A stretch of 64,000 bases of DNA from Planctomycetota bacterium (GCA_044225365.1 JBGAIQ010000010.1:64001-128000); one strand, 5' to 3'. Shown: positions 41,292-51,962, counted from the stretch's first letter. The notes: generated by a model not told the origin, from the letters alone. Made by a program: numbers and translations.

Positions 41292-42677
41292 TCACATCGC
41301 GCGGAGCACGGCGCCCACGAACGCTTCGAGCGGGAAGCTCGCGCCGTTCTGCGTGAGTCCGAGACGGACGATCACTGCATCGCTGGACGGGATCACGATC
41401 ACGAATTGACCTTCGTGGCCGTTGGCGAAGAACATGTCCTCCGGCAGGCTCGGGAATGGCCGCTCCGCGCCGGCGGTCCCTCGATTCAGCCACCAATGCG
41501 CGCCGTAGTTTCCCTTCGGCGCATGCGGAGCGGGAGTCGTGACGTAGTCCACGAAGCCCGCAGGGAGTACTCGACGGTTTCGCCACACCCCGTCGTGCAG
41601 GAAGAGCAGACCGAACCGCGCCCAGTCGCGCGCCGTCATGTGGACGTACGAGGAGCCGACGAACGTTCCGGCGGCGTCGCGCTCGAACAACGCGCTGGAG
41701 ATTCCGATCGGTCCGAACAGCGCAGCCTGGGGCAGCGAGTGGTACGCAGCATCGTCGCCGATGGCTTCGCGGATCATGCGCTGTACGAGCAGCGTACTGC
41801 CGCTCGCGTAGCTCCAGTGCGTTCCCGGTGGATGGGAGAGCGGACGGCTCGCCGCGTAGGCCGCCATGTCCTTTGCTCGAAAGAGCATCCTCAGGACATC
41901 GGAGCGGGGATTCCCGTAGTCCTCAGTGAGGTCGAGGCCGCTCTCCATCCGCAGGAGATCGAGGAGCGTGATCGATCGTCGCTCGTCGTCTTGCCACTCC
42001 GGGAATCCGGTCGTGCCGCGAAGATCGAGACGCCCCTCTCCCAGCAAAATGCCGACGAGCGAGCTGGTGACGCTCTTCGACATCGACCAGCCGGGGAGTA
42101 CGGAGTCCGGCGTGATGTCGGGCGCATAGCGTTCGGCGACGATTCGATCGTGATGGACGATGACCACGGCTCGTGTGCGAAGCGTGCGCTCCGCGACCTC
42201 GCCGTCGAAGGCGAGCTCGAGCGCGCTCGAGAAGGTGCCGTTCTGGAGGCGGGGCGCCGCGTTGCCGTCCGGCCAGGAATCCTGCTCGTTCGCCTCATCC
42301 GCGCTCGGCATCGGATCGGGAAGCGTCGGCTTCTCGACCGGCATCGAGTTGCGATCCGTGAGGAGGATCGCCCCGATCGCGGGCTCGAACTTCGCGACGC
42401 GAACCTGTCCCGGGAGGATCCAGGCTCTCATCGTCCGGGCGGAGGAATCGACCTCGAGATGGAGTCCTCGCAGGAATCCCAGTTCGTCGCTCTGAATCCG
42501 CTCGAGCGGGCGCCCGTCGACGAAGTGCGCGGTGCAAGCGACCTTCGCGGCGTATCCTGCGGCGATCCTCGTGAACGGAATCGCGTACCCGACTCCGAGG
42601 CTGACGAGCAGCGCGAAGGCGAGGGCAACGAACAGGACCGAGAAACGAGTCCGGGTCGTTCGGTCGACGGTGTCCAT
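41292..42677 (-). CDS. Serine hydrolase, beta-lactamase class C-like
   Basis: WSMSKS (SxxK), LLRMESGL, YASG, TARDWARFG, GHEGQ; N-terminal TM. Confidence 0.88.
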   Translation of the reverse strand: MDTVDRTTRTRFSVLFVALAFALLVSLGVGYAIPFTRIAAGYAAKVACTAHFVDGRPLERIQSDELGFLRGLHLEVDSSARTMRAWILPGQVRVAKFEPAIGAILLTDRNSMPVEKPTLPDPMPSADEANEQDSWPDGNAAPRLQNGTFSSALELAFDGEVAERTLRTRAVVIVHHDRIVAERYAPDITPDSVLPGWSMSKSVTSSLVGILLGEGRLDLRGTTGFPEWQDDERRSITLLDLLRMESGLDLTEDYGNPRSDVLRMLFRAKDMAAYAASRPLSHPPGTHWSYASGSTLLVQRMIREAIGDDAAYHSLPQAALFGPIGISSALFERDAAGTFVGSSYVHMTARDWARFGLLFLHDGVWRNRRVLPAGFVDYVTTPAPHAPKGNYGAHWWLNRGTAGAERPFPSLPEDMFFANGHEGQFVIVIPSSDAVIVRLGLTQNGASFPLEAFVGAVLRAM

Positions 42678-42714
42678 GTCTCTTCTCCGCACCTACGAGT
42701 GAGGAGTCACCCAC

Positions 42715-43239
42715 GTGAAGACGACGACGCGCTGGATCGCGGCCATTGCAGCGATCCTACTTTCTGCCTCGATCTCGACCCAGCTCGGCACGGCGAACGC
42801 CGCCGTCCTTAAGTCTCACGATTCTTTCAAGCACTACCGGGTGAAAGGGAAGCTCAAGCACTACATCGAGAACGCCCCGGATTACACCGACTACTTCTGG
42901 ACGGATCTCTACTTCTACGATGACGGTTCGTTCTACGACGGGGAGGACTGGGGAACGTGGAAGTACGACGGCGAGGAGATCCACGCCTCGGTGTCGAACG
43001 ACTTCGAGGACGAGATGGAGTGGGAGAACCCGGGCGCAGACGACGTCGACGCCTGGTTCAAGTACACCGATGTCTTCGTCTCGGGCGACAAGATCAAGGG
43101 GAAGATGAAGGGCGAGGTCGACATCGAGTGGGACTTCTTCTTCTTCGATCCCGACTACCACGAGAAGATGAAGGGGACCTTCTCCGGCTACGAAGTCGAC
43201 GACGACGGGAGCGACGACTGGAGTTGGTGGCCCTGGTGA
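42715..43239 (+). CDS. Exported acidic, aromatic-rich hypothetical protein
   Basis: GAGGAG RBS, GTG start, signal peptide ending ANA; strong GC3 codon bias. Confidence 0.75.
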   Translation: MKTTTRWIAAIAAILLSASISTQLGTANAAVLKSHDSFKHYRVKGKLKHYIENAPDYTDYFWTDLYFYDDGSFYDGEDWGTWKYDGEEIHASVSNDFEDEMEWENPGADDVDAWFKYTDVFVSGDKIKGKMKGEVDIEWDFFFFDPDYHEKMKGTFSGYEVDDDGSDDWSWWPW

Positions 43240-43243
43240 GGGC

Positions 43244-44161
43244 TCAGGGCCCGCGTTCCGCGATCCGGTACGAAACAACCATGAAGTGCGCATCGTCGAG
43301 GCGCCAGTCCGGGGAATAGGCGCGACCTTGGATCTCGAGCAGTGCTTCGAAGATCGGCTCCGCCGCATCGACGACGACGCGGTTGTACTTGTGGAATGGC
43401 GGACCGACGTGGCCCGTGGCCTTGGAGAACGACTCGGCGTTCTTGCCGTCGCCGACGGCCTGGATCACCCGCCCATCGCCGAGTCCGAGCAACATGTGAC
43501 CTTCGAAGATCACGATGTCGAGCGGTTCCAGCGCGTCGGCGAGGTCGGCCGCGCTTGGTCTTCCCTCGAGTCGCAACAACCCGCGCTGGAATCGGGCATA
43601 GACGTCCTTCGTATCGCCGAAGAACGAGTACTCGGTCGCCACGTTGAAGAGACCGGAACAATCGATGCCCGACGACCGTGCGACGCGGCGCATTTCGCCG
43701 TCCTGCATGTCCGTGAGTTCGAGCAGGCCACGCTCGAGCACCGCGCGCTCTTGGGAATCGCTACCCTCCGGCGCGCTGCCTCCGAACAGATACGGCACTC
43801 CAACGAGGGCGAGCATGCGCTCGAGGACGCGCGCGTCCGGGGGAACGCTCGGCCGTGACCAGGTCGGATCCGACCCTGTCGGAAGAGGCTCGAGCGTGGA
43901 TGCGATCGCGAAGAGGTCTTTTCTGAAGTACGGGTGGTACGCGCAATCCGTGACCTGGGCCATGCCGTCGTCGCCGCGGAAGTCGGCGCGCAGGACGCTT
44001 CCCGCCGGCAGCACCTTTGCGATGTTTCGATCTACTCGCTGGCGCAAGAGGCGCCCCGCCGCGCGATCGAGCAACATCGCCGCGCGATCGTAGACCCGAG
44101 GGAGGTCGCGAGTCGTGAAGAGCGTCACGGGTTCGCGGGAGAGGCAGGTTTCAGAAGTCAT
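43244..44161 (-). CDS. NlpC/P60-family cysteine peptidase
   Basis: LVGVPYLFGG, GIDCSGL, DIVIFEGHM. Confidence 0.75.
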   Translation of the reverse strand: MTSETCLSREPVTLFTTRDLPRVYDRAAMLLDRAAGRLLRQRVDRNIAKVLPAGSVLRADFRGDDGMAQVTDCAYHPYFRKDLFAIASTLEPLPTGSDPTWSRPSVPPDARVLERMLALVGVPYLFGGSAPEGSDSQERAVLERGLLELTDMQDGEMRRVARSSGIDCSGLFNVATEYSFFGDTKDVYARFQRGLLRLEGRPSAADLADALEPLDIVIFEGHMLLGLGDGRVIQAVGDGKNAESFSKATGHVGPPFHKYNRVVVDAAEPIFEALLEIQGRAYSPDWRLDDAHFMVVSYRIAERGP

Positions 44162-44194
44162 GACGAGCGGCGCATCGAGTCGATCGTCATCCGC

Positions 44195-45550
44195 TCAGTG
44201 CCGCAACAGGTCGGCGAGGATCATGCTGGCGACGGAGAAGTAGATCACGAGCCCTGTGACGTCGACCAGCGTCGCAACGAAGGGCGCCGAAGCGCTTGCG
44301 GGGTCGAATCCGAGGCGCCGAAGAATGAATGGCAGCATGCAGCCAGAGATCGATCCAAACGTCACGACACCGATGAGACTGAGGAATACCGTGAGCCCGA
44401 CGAGGGCGTAATGCTCGCCATACGAAGCGAAAGCAGCCTGCCAAATGAGGATCCGCAGCATGCCGATCGTGCCGAGCACCGTGCCGAGCGCTGCACCCGC
44501 GAGGATCTCGCGGCGAAGGACTCTCCACCAATCGCCGAGTTGCACTTCTCCCAGCGCCATTGCGCGGATCACGAGAGTCGTGGCCTGCGATCCCGAGTTT
44601 CCACCGCTGCTGATGATCAACGGAACGAACAGCGCCAGTACGACGGCGCGCGCGATTTCGTCCTGGAAGTACGACATCGCCGTTGCCGTCAGCAGTTCGC
44701 CGAGGAACAGCGCGGAGAGCCATCCCGCGCGCATTCGGATCATGCGGCGAAATGGGATCTCGAGATACGGGAATCCCATGACTTCCATACCGCCCAGCTT
44801 TTGAATGTCCTCCGTCGCTTCCTGTTGGACGACGTCGACGATGTCGTCGACGGTGACGACGCCCTTCATATGACCCTCGTCGTCGACGACGGGGATCGCG
44901 ATGAGACCGTGCTTCGCGAACAGGCGGCCGACCGTTTCTTGATCCATGTCCGCCGGCGCCTGAACGACGTTCGTCTTCATGACTTCGCGCACGTGGGTGT
45001 CGGGCTTCGCGGAAAGCAGATCGCGGAACGACACGACTCCAATCAGCTTCTGCTCCGCGTCGACGACGTAGGCGTAGTAGATGGTGCCCGGGTTCTCGCG
45101 GACCTGCTTGCGGATGTAGATGATCGCTTCGTCGACCGTGAGATCCGGGCGCAGCCGCGTATACCGCGGATTCATGATGCCGCCGGCCTCGTCGTCCTTG
45201 TACGCGAGGAGGCCCACGACTTCGCGCCGCGCGCGATCATCGAGTTCACCGAGGAGTTGGAGGCGCTCTTCGATCGGCGTTGCTTGAACGAGGTCGGCCA
45301 CCTCGTCGGGCGGGAGCATTCGCAGGCACGAGCGTCGTTCCTTCGGCGTCATGCCGCGAAGGAGTTCGACCTGATCATGCGCTCGCAGCGCGGGGAAGAG
45401 CGTGTCGGCGTTGATGCGATCGAGCTCTCGAAACGCGTTCACTCGCTCCTCGGGCAACAGCAGTGCCCAAGCGCTTTGCAGTTCTTCGCACGAGAGCGGA
45501 ACGTCGTTCGCATCTTCCACGGCGGCCATGGCGCGAGTCCTATTCGGCAC
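44195..45550 (-). CDS. mgtE: Magnesium transporter MgtE
   Basis: AGGIMNP, CBS pair, PLIISSGGNSGSQ, DPASASAPFVATLVDV; start may be 45529. Confidence 0.93.
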   Translation of the reverse strand: MPNRTRAMAAVEDANDVPLSCEELQSAWALLLPEERVNAFRELDRINADTLFPALRAHDQVELLRGMTPKERRSCLRMLPPDEVADLVQATPIEERLQLLGELDDRARREVVGLLAYKDDEAGGIMNPRYTRLRPDLTVDEAIIYIRKQVRENPGTIYYAYVVDAEQKLIGVVSFRDLLSAKPDTHVREVMKTNVVQAPADMDQETVGRLFAKHGLIAIPVVDDEGHMKGVVTVDDIVDVVQQEATEDIQKLGGMEVMGFPYLEIPFRRMIRMRAGWLSALFLGELLTATAMSYFQDEIARAVVLALFVPLIISSGGNSGSQATTLVIRAMALGEVQLGDWWRVLRREILAGAALGTVLGTIGMLRILIWQAAFASYGEHYALVGLTVFLSLIGVVTFGSISGCMLPFILRRLGFDPASASAPFVATLVDVTGLVIYFSVASMILADLLRH

Positions 45551-45755
45551 ATGGGTCTGACGGATGTCGCGTGACCGGCTTCAATCACACGGCGACTGTC
45601 CGCGTTCTTTCGATCTTCTTCTCGCGGTGCGAAGATCGCGCGCGAGAAATCGGAATTTCGTACGAGAGGTGCAACGAACACGCCGCGCAACGTCGACCGA
45701 CGAGAGCGCGGCGTCAGACCAGGACGGACCGTCCCGATTCGAGCAGGCTACGAGT

Positions 45756-46763
45756 TCAGCGATCCTTGAACCGGAATGCCTTGTCGAGCGCCGTGAACGG
45801 CTTGCCGTCGAGTTCGGCGTAAGGGTAGATGAAGAAGTTCAAATGCTCGCCCGTTTGCCGCGGCTCGAGATCGATGTCACGCCCTCGCGTGAATGCGATG
45901 CGATTCTCGGTCAGGTTGCCGAAGTAGTAATCCGCGACGTCCTTCTTGCCGGCGTCGAGTGCCTTGTCCGCCTCGGAGGCGTCGACCGGCACCCAGCCCG
46001 TGTTCTTTACATAGAACTCGGCCCAGCAGTGGTAGCCCTTGACCTCTCCCTCTCCGCGGGCTTCTGGCAGCGGAAATCCGATCGTGAATCGCGTGGGAAT
46101 GCCCTTCGATCGTGCCATCGACATGAACATCGCGTGGAAGTCGGTGCAGTTCCCGTACCCGCTCGCGCAGGCGAATTCCGTGCTGCCCTTGCCCCACCCC
46201 TCGCCCTCCTTCGAGTAGCGCATCTTCTCGAGGACTTTGCGATAGATCTTGTCCGCGGCGTCGACCGTACCGGTCGCGTCTTTCGTCGCGTCGGCCGCCA
46301 TCTGCGCCGTCGGCCCGCCGATCGGGGCCAGCTTGTCGCCGAGCAGGTCGCGAGGGTGCGGTTCGTCGGCGAACATCGACCCCTTCAAGTCGCCGATGCG
46401 CTCGACGATGTCGACGTCGTATTCGGCCGTGATCTCGCACGGTTTCAACTTGTCGCCCTCGAGGAGGAAATGCGCCATCTTGTTTCCCGAGCCGCCTTCG
46501 ACGCGGATGTCCGGCGGAACGGGGCCCTGGATCCGCGAGTCCTTGACGAGTTGTTCCGGCGTCGATTGTGGCATCGGCAGCCAGAGGTCGAGCCGCTTCG
46601 CGCCGGCGGGGGCCTCCTTCACCTTGGCCACATAGGTGAAGGTCACGCTGCGCTGCTTCGCGCCCTCGCGGACGACGAGCTGCGGAGACGCGCCGGGAAG
46701 TGGAATGCTGCTGCATCCCGCAAGGGCGAGGATCGCAGCCGCGTAGGAAACCTTCGAACGCAT
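45756..46763 (-). CDS. Transglutaminase-like lipoprotein
   Basis: Lipobox LAGC; catalytic triad GNCTDFH, HCWAEFY, PVDAS. Confidence 0.88.
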   Translation of the reverse strand: MRSKVSYAAAILALAGCSSIPLPGASPQLVVREGAKQRSVTFTYVAKVKEAPAGAKRLDLWLPMPQSTPEQLVKDSRIQGPVPPDIRVEGGSGNKMAHFLLEGDKLKPCEITAEYDVDIVERIGDLKGSMFADEPHPRDLLGDKLAPIGGPTAQMAADATKDATGTVDAADKIYRKVLEKMRYSKEGEGWGKGSTEFACASGYGNCTDFHAMFMSMARSKGIPTRFTIGFPLPEARGEGEVKGYHCWAEFYVKNTGWVPVDASEADKALDAGKKDVADYYFGNLTENRIAFTRGRDIDLEPRQTGEHLNFFIYPYAELDGKPFTALDKAFRFKDR

Positions 46764-46915
46764 GGAATCTCCTCTTCGGATGGAATGGGTTGGCGTCGGT
46801 CGATCCTCGTCGATCGATCAGGGCGGGCGCGCGAAGGGATGACACCCCTGACGTCACCGCCCAGCCGCGTTATACCGTTTCTTGGAGCGCGCCTCGACCG
46901 TACGATGAGTTCGCC

Positions 46916-47710
46916 ATGCACGCTTACCTCGAACTCCTCCGCCACATCGAGAACCACGGCACGAAGAAGCTCGACCGCACCGGTGTCGGGACTCTCTCGG
47001 TGTTCGGCTACCAACTGCGCTGCGACCTCGCGAAGGGCTTCCCGCTCCTCACGACGAAGAAGGTCCACCTGAAGTCGGTGATCCACGAACTTCTGTGGTT
47101 CCTCAAGGGATCGACGAACGTCGCCTACTTGAAGCAGAACGGAGTCACGATCTGGGACGAGTGGGCCGACGACCGTGGCGAACTCGGGCCGGTCTATGGC
47201 AAGCAATGGCGATCGTGGGAATGCAAGGACGGGCGGACCGTCGACCAGATCGCACAGGTCGTGGACCAGATCCGGAAGAACCCCGACTCACGCCGCCACA
47301 TCGTGTCGGCCTGGAACGTTGGTGAGATCGACAAGATGGCGCTCCCGCCCTGCCACACGCTCTTTCAGTTCTACGTCGCGAATCAGAAGCTGTCATGTCA
47401 GCTCTACATGCGCAGCGCCGACTGCTTCCTCGGCGTCCCATTCAATATCGCGTCGTACGCACTGTTCACGATGATGATGGCGCAGGTCACCGATCTCGCA
47501 CCGGGCGACTTCGTCCTCACGATCGGCGACGCGCATCTGTATCTCAACCATCTCGAACAGGTTGCGCTCCAGCTCACGCGCGATCCACGGCCGCTGCCTA
47601 CGATGAAGCTCAATCCCGCCGTGAAGTCGATCTTCGACTTTACCTACGAGGACTTCACCCTCGAGGGTTACGACTGTCATCCCGCCATCAAGGCGCCCAT
47701 CGCCGTCTGA
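46916..47710 (+). CDS. thyA: Thymidylate synthase
   Basis: [48 protein letters not shown]. Confidence 0.97.
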   Translation: MHAYLELLRHIENHGTKKLDRTGVGTLSVFGYQLRCDLAKGFPLLTTKKVHLKSVIHELLWFLKGSTNVAYLKQNGVTIWDEWADDRGELGPVYGKQWRSWECKDGRTVDQIAQVVDQIRKNPDSRRHIVSAWNVGEIDKMALPPCHTLFQFYVANQKLSCQLYMRSADCFLGVPFNIASYALFTMMMAQVTDLAPGDFVLTIGDAHLYLNHLEQVALQLTRDPRPLPTMKLNPAVKSIFDFTYEDFTLEGYDCHPAIKAPIAV

Positions 47711-47726
47711 AGCGGAGGCACTCGCG

Positions 47727-48227
47727 ATGAAGGTCTCGCTCGTCGTCGCCATGGCCAGGAACGGCGTCATCGGTCGCGACGGAAAGCTGCCGTGGCACCT
47801 CCCTGACGATTTGAAGCGCTTCAAGGCCACGACCGTGGGCCGCGCCGTCATCATGGGTCGCAAGACCTTCGAATCGATCGGAAAGGCCCTCCCGAATCGC
47901 CAGAACATCGTGATTACGCGTCGCGGCGAACTCGCGACGGCCACCGCGCAGGGCTGCGACGTCGTGGCGTCGTTGGAGGAGGCGCTCGCCCGGGTGCTCG
48001 TGCGCGACGAGTGCTTCGTGATCGGCGGCGGCGAGATCTACCGCGCCGCGCTCCCTCGAGCGGACCGGATCCTGTTGACGCAGGTCGACGCCGATGTGGA
48101 GGGCGACGTCCGATTCCCGCCGTTCGACGCGAAGGAATGGACCGAAGTCGCCTGCGAATCCCACCCGGCCGATGAACGGCATGCGTATGCGTTCGCTATC
48201 GTGACGCTCCAGCGAACGACGGGTTGA
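47727..48227 (+). CDS. folA: Dihydrofolate reductase
   Basis: IGRDGKLPWHLPDDL, IMGRKTFESI, LPNRQN, IGGGEIY. Confidence 0.96.
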   Translation: MKVSLVVAMARNGVIGRDGKLPWHLPDDLKRFKATTVGRAVIMGRKTFESIGKALPNRQNIVITRRGELATATAQGCDVVASLEEALARVLVRDECFVIGGGEIYRAALPRADRILLTQVDADVEGDVRFPPFDAKEWTEVACESHPADERHAYAFAIVTLQRTTG

Positions 48228-48263
48228 CGCGATCGGCGGTTGGCCAAGACGACGAAGAACGGA

Positions 48264-48315
48264 GCCGCGCTGGAGCGCGGCGGTCCTCCCGTAGGGGCGC
48301 ACGGCTTGTGCGCCC
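48264..48315. repeat. Adjacent GGACCGCC-type and GTAG-type REPs between convergent genes
   Basis: GCCGCGCTGGAGCGCGGCGGTCC (48264-48286) and GTAGGGGCGCACGGCTTGTGCGCCC (48291-48315). Confidence 0.85.
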
Positions 48316-48342
48316 GGACCCCCCCGAATTCGACGTCGGACG

Positions 48343-49893
48343 TCAGCGCAGGACGCGGACCTCGAGCTTCGTGATGCGCATCTGCGCGCCGGTCGGCACG
48401 ATGAGTCCGAACGCCCCGCGGCGCTGCATCGTCCACGGGATGTCCCAGTCGAGGAGGGGAACGTCGTTGCCTTCGGTCTTTACGAGCAACTTGCTGCCGA
48501 TCATCGAGGCCGTGACGTGCACCGCCTGGTCGGCCGGGAATTTCGAGTCGTCGGGGATGAGGAACGTCGGCACCGTTTGGTCGACGTTGCGACCGACGCG
48601 GTAACCCGTGAGGAGCGTGCCGGCACCGCGGGTGATCACCATATCGACGACGAAGTCGCGCCACTTCTCCTTGTCGCCGACCGTCATGACGGCCTTGACC
48701 TTCTGGCCCTTGCTCTCGTCGGGGCCGATGAGGGTCATGACGCCGCCGTTGGTCGCGTGCGAGAAACCCGCCAGTTCGTCCGTACAGTTCCAGTCCTGCT
48801 TCACCGCGTCCGCGAGCAGATCTCGCCGCGGGGCGGCCGCGATCTTCGCGTCGGTGAAGAACTGCTTGCAGTATCCATCCGACTCCGCGATCGTCTGCTG
48901 GAAGATCGTCTCGAAGCTCGACTGCGCGGCGGCGTCCTTGTCGTTCGCGGCCTTCTCGAGCAACGCACGGATCTCGTCTTCGGCGTTCTTGTACTTCTCG
49001 AGGATGCCCTTGTCGTCGGTCGGGTTCTGCGTCGCAAAGCCCTTCGCATCCGACTGCAGCTTCTGGGCGTAGGTCTGGTTCACCGACTTGCGAATCGCCT
49101 TGAGACGCGCCTCGCCGTCGGGCAGAGCGCCAACCTTCGACTCGAGACGATCGATCTTGCGGCGAATCTCGACGAGTGCCGGAAGCGGCTGCAGGATCGC
49201 ATCGCGACCGAGAGTCTCGACCTCGAGCAATGCCTTCTGGATCTCGCTCACTTCCATGTCGCGTTCGAGGGTCGCCTTCGCACGGGCCGCGAGGTTCGAC
49301 ATCTCGCCCGAGATCTCCGTACCGCTCCAGAGTTCACGATCCGCGTTGTACCGCGCGATCAGGGTTTGGGCGTCGCTCGGCTTCGCCATATCGAGCGCTC
49401 GCATCTCCTTGATGAAGCCGTCGATCTTCGCTTTGTAGTCCTTTGCTTCCTTCTCCTGCGCCGCGACCTTCATGTTGCGATAGACCCATACGCCCACGCA
49501 GCCAAGGGTGACGAAGAGCGCGATGACGAGACCGATCTTCGACGCGGTGTTGAGGAGCGGCTTGGGCTCGCGGCGATGCGGCACTCGTCGGCCTTCGTTG
49601 CCGGCGCGGTCATCGCGATGCGCGCGCTCGCCGCGGCGCTGTTCGGGCTCGGCACGCTTCGCGGCGGGACGTTCGGCCCGCGCGGGCGCGGGCGCCGCGG
49701 CCTTCGGCTTCGGTGGCTCGGCGACGGCGGCCGTGGGCTGCGGCTTCTGGGCTCCACCCGCCGCATTGCGCTTCGCGGCTTCCTTGTCGCGACGGCGCTT
49801 CTCGGTGCAATCCGCGCAGAGGATTCGCGACGATGCGACTTCGGCATCGGGCTTCTGCTTGAAGAGAGTTCCGCAGTTTTCGCAGGTGAGCAC
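48343..49893 (-). CDS. Zn-ribbon bitopic membrane protein
   Basis: N-terminal CENC..CADC, low-complexity Pro/Ala/Lys linker, TM, helical region, C-terminal beta-sandwich-like domain. Confidence 0.75.
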   Translation of the reverse strand: MLTCENCGTLFKQKPDAEVASSRILCADCTEKRRRDKEAAKRNAAGGAQKPQPTAAVAEPPKPKAAAPAPARAERPAAKRAEPEQRRGERAHRDDRAGNEGRRVPHRREPKPLLNTASKIGLVIALFVTLGCVGVWVYRNMKVAAQEKEAKDYKAKIDGFIKEMRALDMAKPSDAQTLIARYNADRELWSGTEISGEMSNLAARAKATLERDMEVSEIQKALLEVETLGRDAILQPLPALVEIRRKIDRLESKVGALPDGEARLKAIRKSVNQTYAQKLQSDAKGFATQNPTDDKGILEKYKNAEDEIRALLEKAANDKDAAAQSSFETIFQQTIAESDGYCKQFFTDAKIAAAPRRDLLADAVKQDWNCTDELAGFSHATNGGVMTLIGPDESKGQKVKAVMTVGDKEKWRDFVVDMVITRGAGTLLTGYRVGRNVDQTVPTFLIPDDSKFPADQAVHVTASMIGSKLLVKTEGNDVPLLDWDIPWTMQRRGAFGLIVPTGAQMRITKLEVRVLR

Positions 49894-49942
49894 GGTCGTC
49901 TACCTCGTCAATCGATCCGAAGCGTTGGGGACGTGAATTCGA

Positions 49943-50887
49943 TCAGGTGGATGGCCCGGCGGTCGGGCCCGACGGCCCCGAGCTTCCGGGCAATGGATTG
50001 TTCGAGCTCGTTGGGCCGCTCGCAGGGGCGGGTGGCGTCGGCGACATAGGGCGAACGCGGGCGAGCGCCGCGCGATCTCGCAGCCGGATGCCGGTCACGA
50101 CCGGGCGTGTCTTGAGCGTGAACACGCGATACAGGAACCACATGAGGCCCATCGCGATGATTGCGATGCCAAACGCGTTCGGCGTCGAGTCGAAGGACTT
50201 CTTGAGCGTAGACGGGTCGACGATCTTGAGCGTGCGGCACAGAAGGTACGGCACGGTGATCTTCTTCCCCGCGTCGTTCTCGAACGTGACGGTTCGATAG
50301 AAGACACCCTCGACCTCGACGAGGTCGCGATGGGATTCGATGTCCGGCGGCGGTTCGGGCAAGTCGAACGCGATGCCGTCGGAGGCGTCGGTGTCGGTCA
50401 AGACACCGCGATAGACATCGGAGATGCCCGCCTGCTCAGGATCCTTCAGCTTCTCCGCGCGGCGCCACGCGATGATTCCTCGACGATGGACCAGCTTGCC
50501 CCGATACGCCGCGGGGTCCGCAAGCGCCTGCGCGTAGTCGATCTCCGCCTTGGGTCGCGCGGCGAAATCGGCAACCGAGAACTGCTTCAGCTCACGAAGC
50601 GCTCGCAGATAGGCGACGGTCTCCGAGAAGTCCGCGCCATCCGTCGCTTCCCGCATGAGATCTGGGAACAACGTCGCCGCATCGGCCAGCGCGACGATCG
50701 GCGCCGGCTTCTCCTTGGCAGCCTCTTCCTTCTCCTTCCCCGCTCGTTCCCGCGTGTACCACCAACCTCCCACGCCAATGCAGGCGATGATGAGCACGAC
50801 GAGAATGTGCCGCCCCGCGCCGACTGGGGGTACCAGACCGGCGGGGGCGGAAGGATCTCTCGATGCGGAGTTGGGAGGTACAGCCAT
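49943..50887 (-). CDS. Hypothetical membrane protein (2 TM, OB-fold-like periplasmic part)
   Basis: Two TM helices flanking DPAAYRGKLV..G...VEVEGVFYR. Confidence 0.7.
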   Translation of the reverse strand: MAVPPNSASRDPSAPAGLVPPVGAGRHILVVLIIACIGVGGWWYTRERAGKEKEEAAKEKPAPIVALADAATLFPDLMREATDGADFSETVAYLRALRELKQFSVADFAARPKAEIDYAQALADPAAYRGKLVHRRGIIAWRRAEKLKDPEQAGISDVYRGVLTDTDASDGIAFDLPEPPPDIESHRDLVEVEGVFYRTVTFENDAGKKITVPYLLCRTLKIVDPSTLKKSFDSTPNAFGIAIIAMGLMWFLYRVFTLKTRPVVTGIRLRDRAALARVRPMSPTPPAPASGPTSSNNPLPGSSGPSGPTAGPST

Positions 50888-50907
50888 GGGAACCTACTTC
50901 AACGCGA

Positions 50908-51372
50908 TCAACCCGGGCCCTTGGCTCCGAAGGCGAACTCGAGCTTCTCGAGTTGATTGCGTTTGCAGATGTTCACGACGTTCATCACGTCTTTCCACGG
51001 CACTGCGCTTTCCGCGTCGACCGTGACCGGAATCTCAGAAGCCGTCTTACCGAGCTTCAGGAAGTCATCTCGGGATTCCGCGAGGAATCGTTCGAGCGCT
51101 GCGTCGTCGTCGATCGTACGCGCGCCGACAACCCGCTTCGTCTGGGCCTTCTGAGGATCCCAGAACATGGCGATGCGGATTTCCTTGATGATATCCGGCG
51201 TGGGAGCTCCACCGACGCCCTTGTCCTTCGGCAGCCACGAGTCGAACTTGCCCTCGAGCTGCTTGAACTTGAGCGAACACATGAAGAACACGCAGAGACA
51301 GAAGATCACGTCGACCATCGGCACGACATTGATCGCGACAGGGTTGTCTTTTTGGTCGCCACCACCAGCCAT
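50908..51372 (-). CDS. exbD: ExbD/TolR-family protein
   Basis: INVVPMVDVIFCLCVFFM with conserved TM Asp; VDAESAVPW..V. Confidence 0.88.
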   Translation of the reverse strand: MAGGGDQKDNPVAINVVPMVDVIFCLCVFFMCSLKFKQLEGKFDSWLPKDKGVGGAPTPDIIKEIRIAMFWDPQKAQTKRVVGARTIDDDAALERFLAESRDDFLKLGKTASEIPVTVDAESAVPWKDVMNVVNICKRNQLEKLEFAFGAKGPG

Positions 51373-51424
51373 GCTTCAGTCCTCCATTTCAGTCGGAAAC
51401 GCAGTCATAGTTGCCAGCAGTCCG

Positions 51425-51958
51425 TCAAGGCATCGGGCGCGCGGCCGCGATCTCGATCTTGTAGATGCCAGCGAGCGCGCAACCCTCGAAGACCTTTTGG
51501 ACGTACCCGTAGGTCGAAAGCCCGTCCGCGCGGATCATCACCTTGCGCTTCGAGAGCTTCTTTCCAGAACCGGGGTCGGCCGTGTCTTCGAGTTCGAGCT
51601 GCGCTTCCGCGGTCAGACGATCACCGATCGTTTCCGGGGTGTAGTCCTGGCCACGAATGGTGATGAGCCAATGCCCCGGTTCGCTACAGGTGCCGTGAGA
51701 GATGTACTGCGGGCACTGGACACCTTGGGTCGTTCCAGCGTGATGGATGTTGACCATCGTCACGCCTTCGAGACCCTTCTCGTTCTTGTCTTCCTTCGCC
51801 TGGTCGGCGACCGGAAGCTCCATTTCTTCGAGCTCGCGGTTGCTCATGTCCGCCGAGAGCATGAAGAAGAGGAGCAACAAGAACATGATGTCGATCATCG
51901 GGATGAGGTTGCAGGCTAGGCCGTCCTCAACCTCGGGCGGCGAAAGGCGACTACTCAT
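51425..51958 (-). CDS. exbD: ExbD/TolR-family protein
   Basis: NLIPMIDIMFLLLLFFM; VMIRAD..TYGYV. Confidence 0.88.
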   Translation of the reverse strand: MSSRLSPPEVEDGLACNLIPMIDIMFLLLLFFMLSADMSNRELEEMELPVADQAKEDKNEKGLEGVTMVNIHHAGTTQGVQCPQYISHGTCSEPGHWLITIRGQDYTPETIGDRLTAEAQLELEDTADPGSGKKLSKRKVMIRADGLSTYGYVQKVFEGCALAGIYKIEIAAARPMP

Positions 51959-51962
51959 GGGA

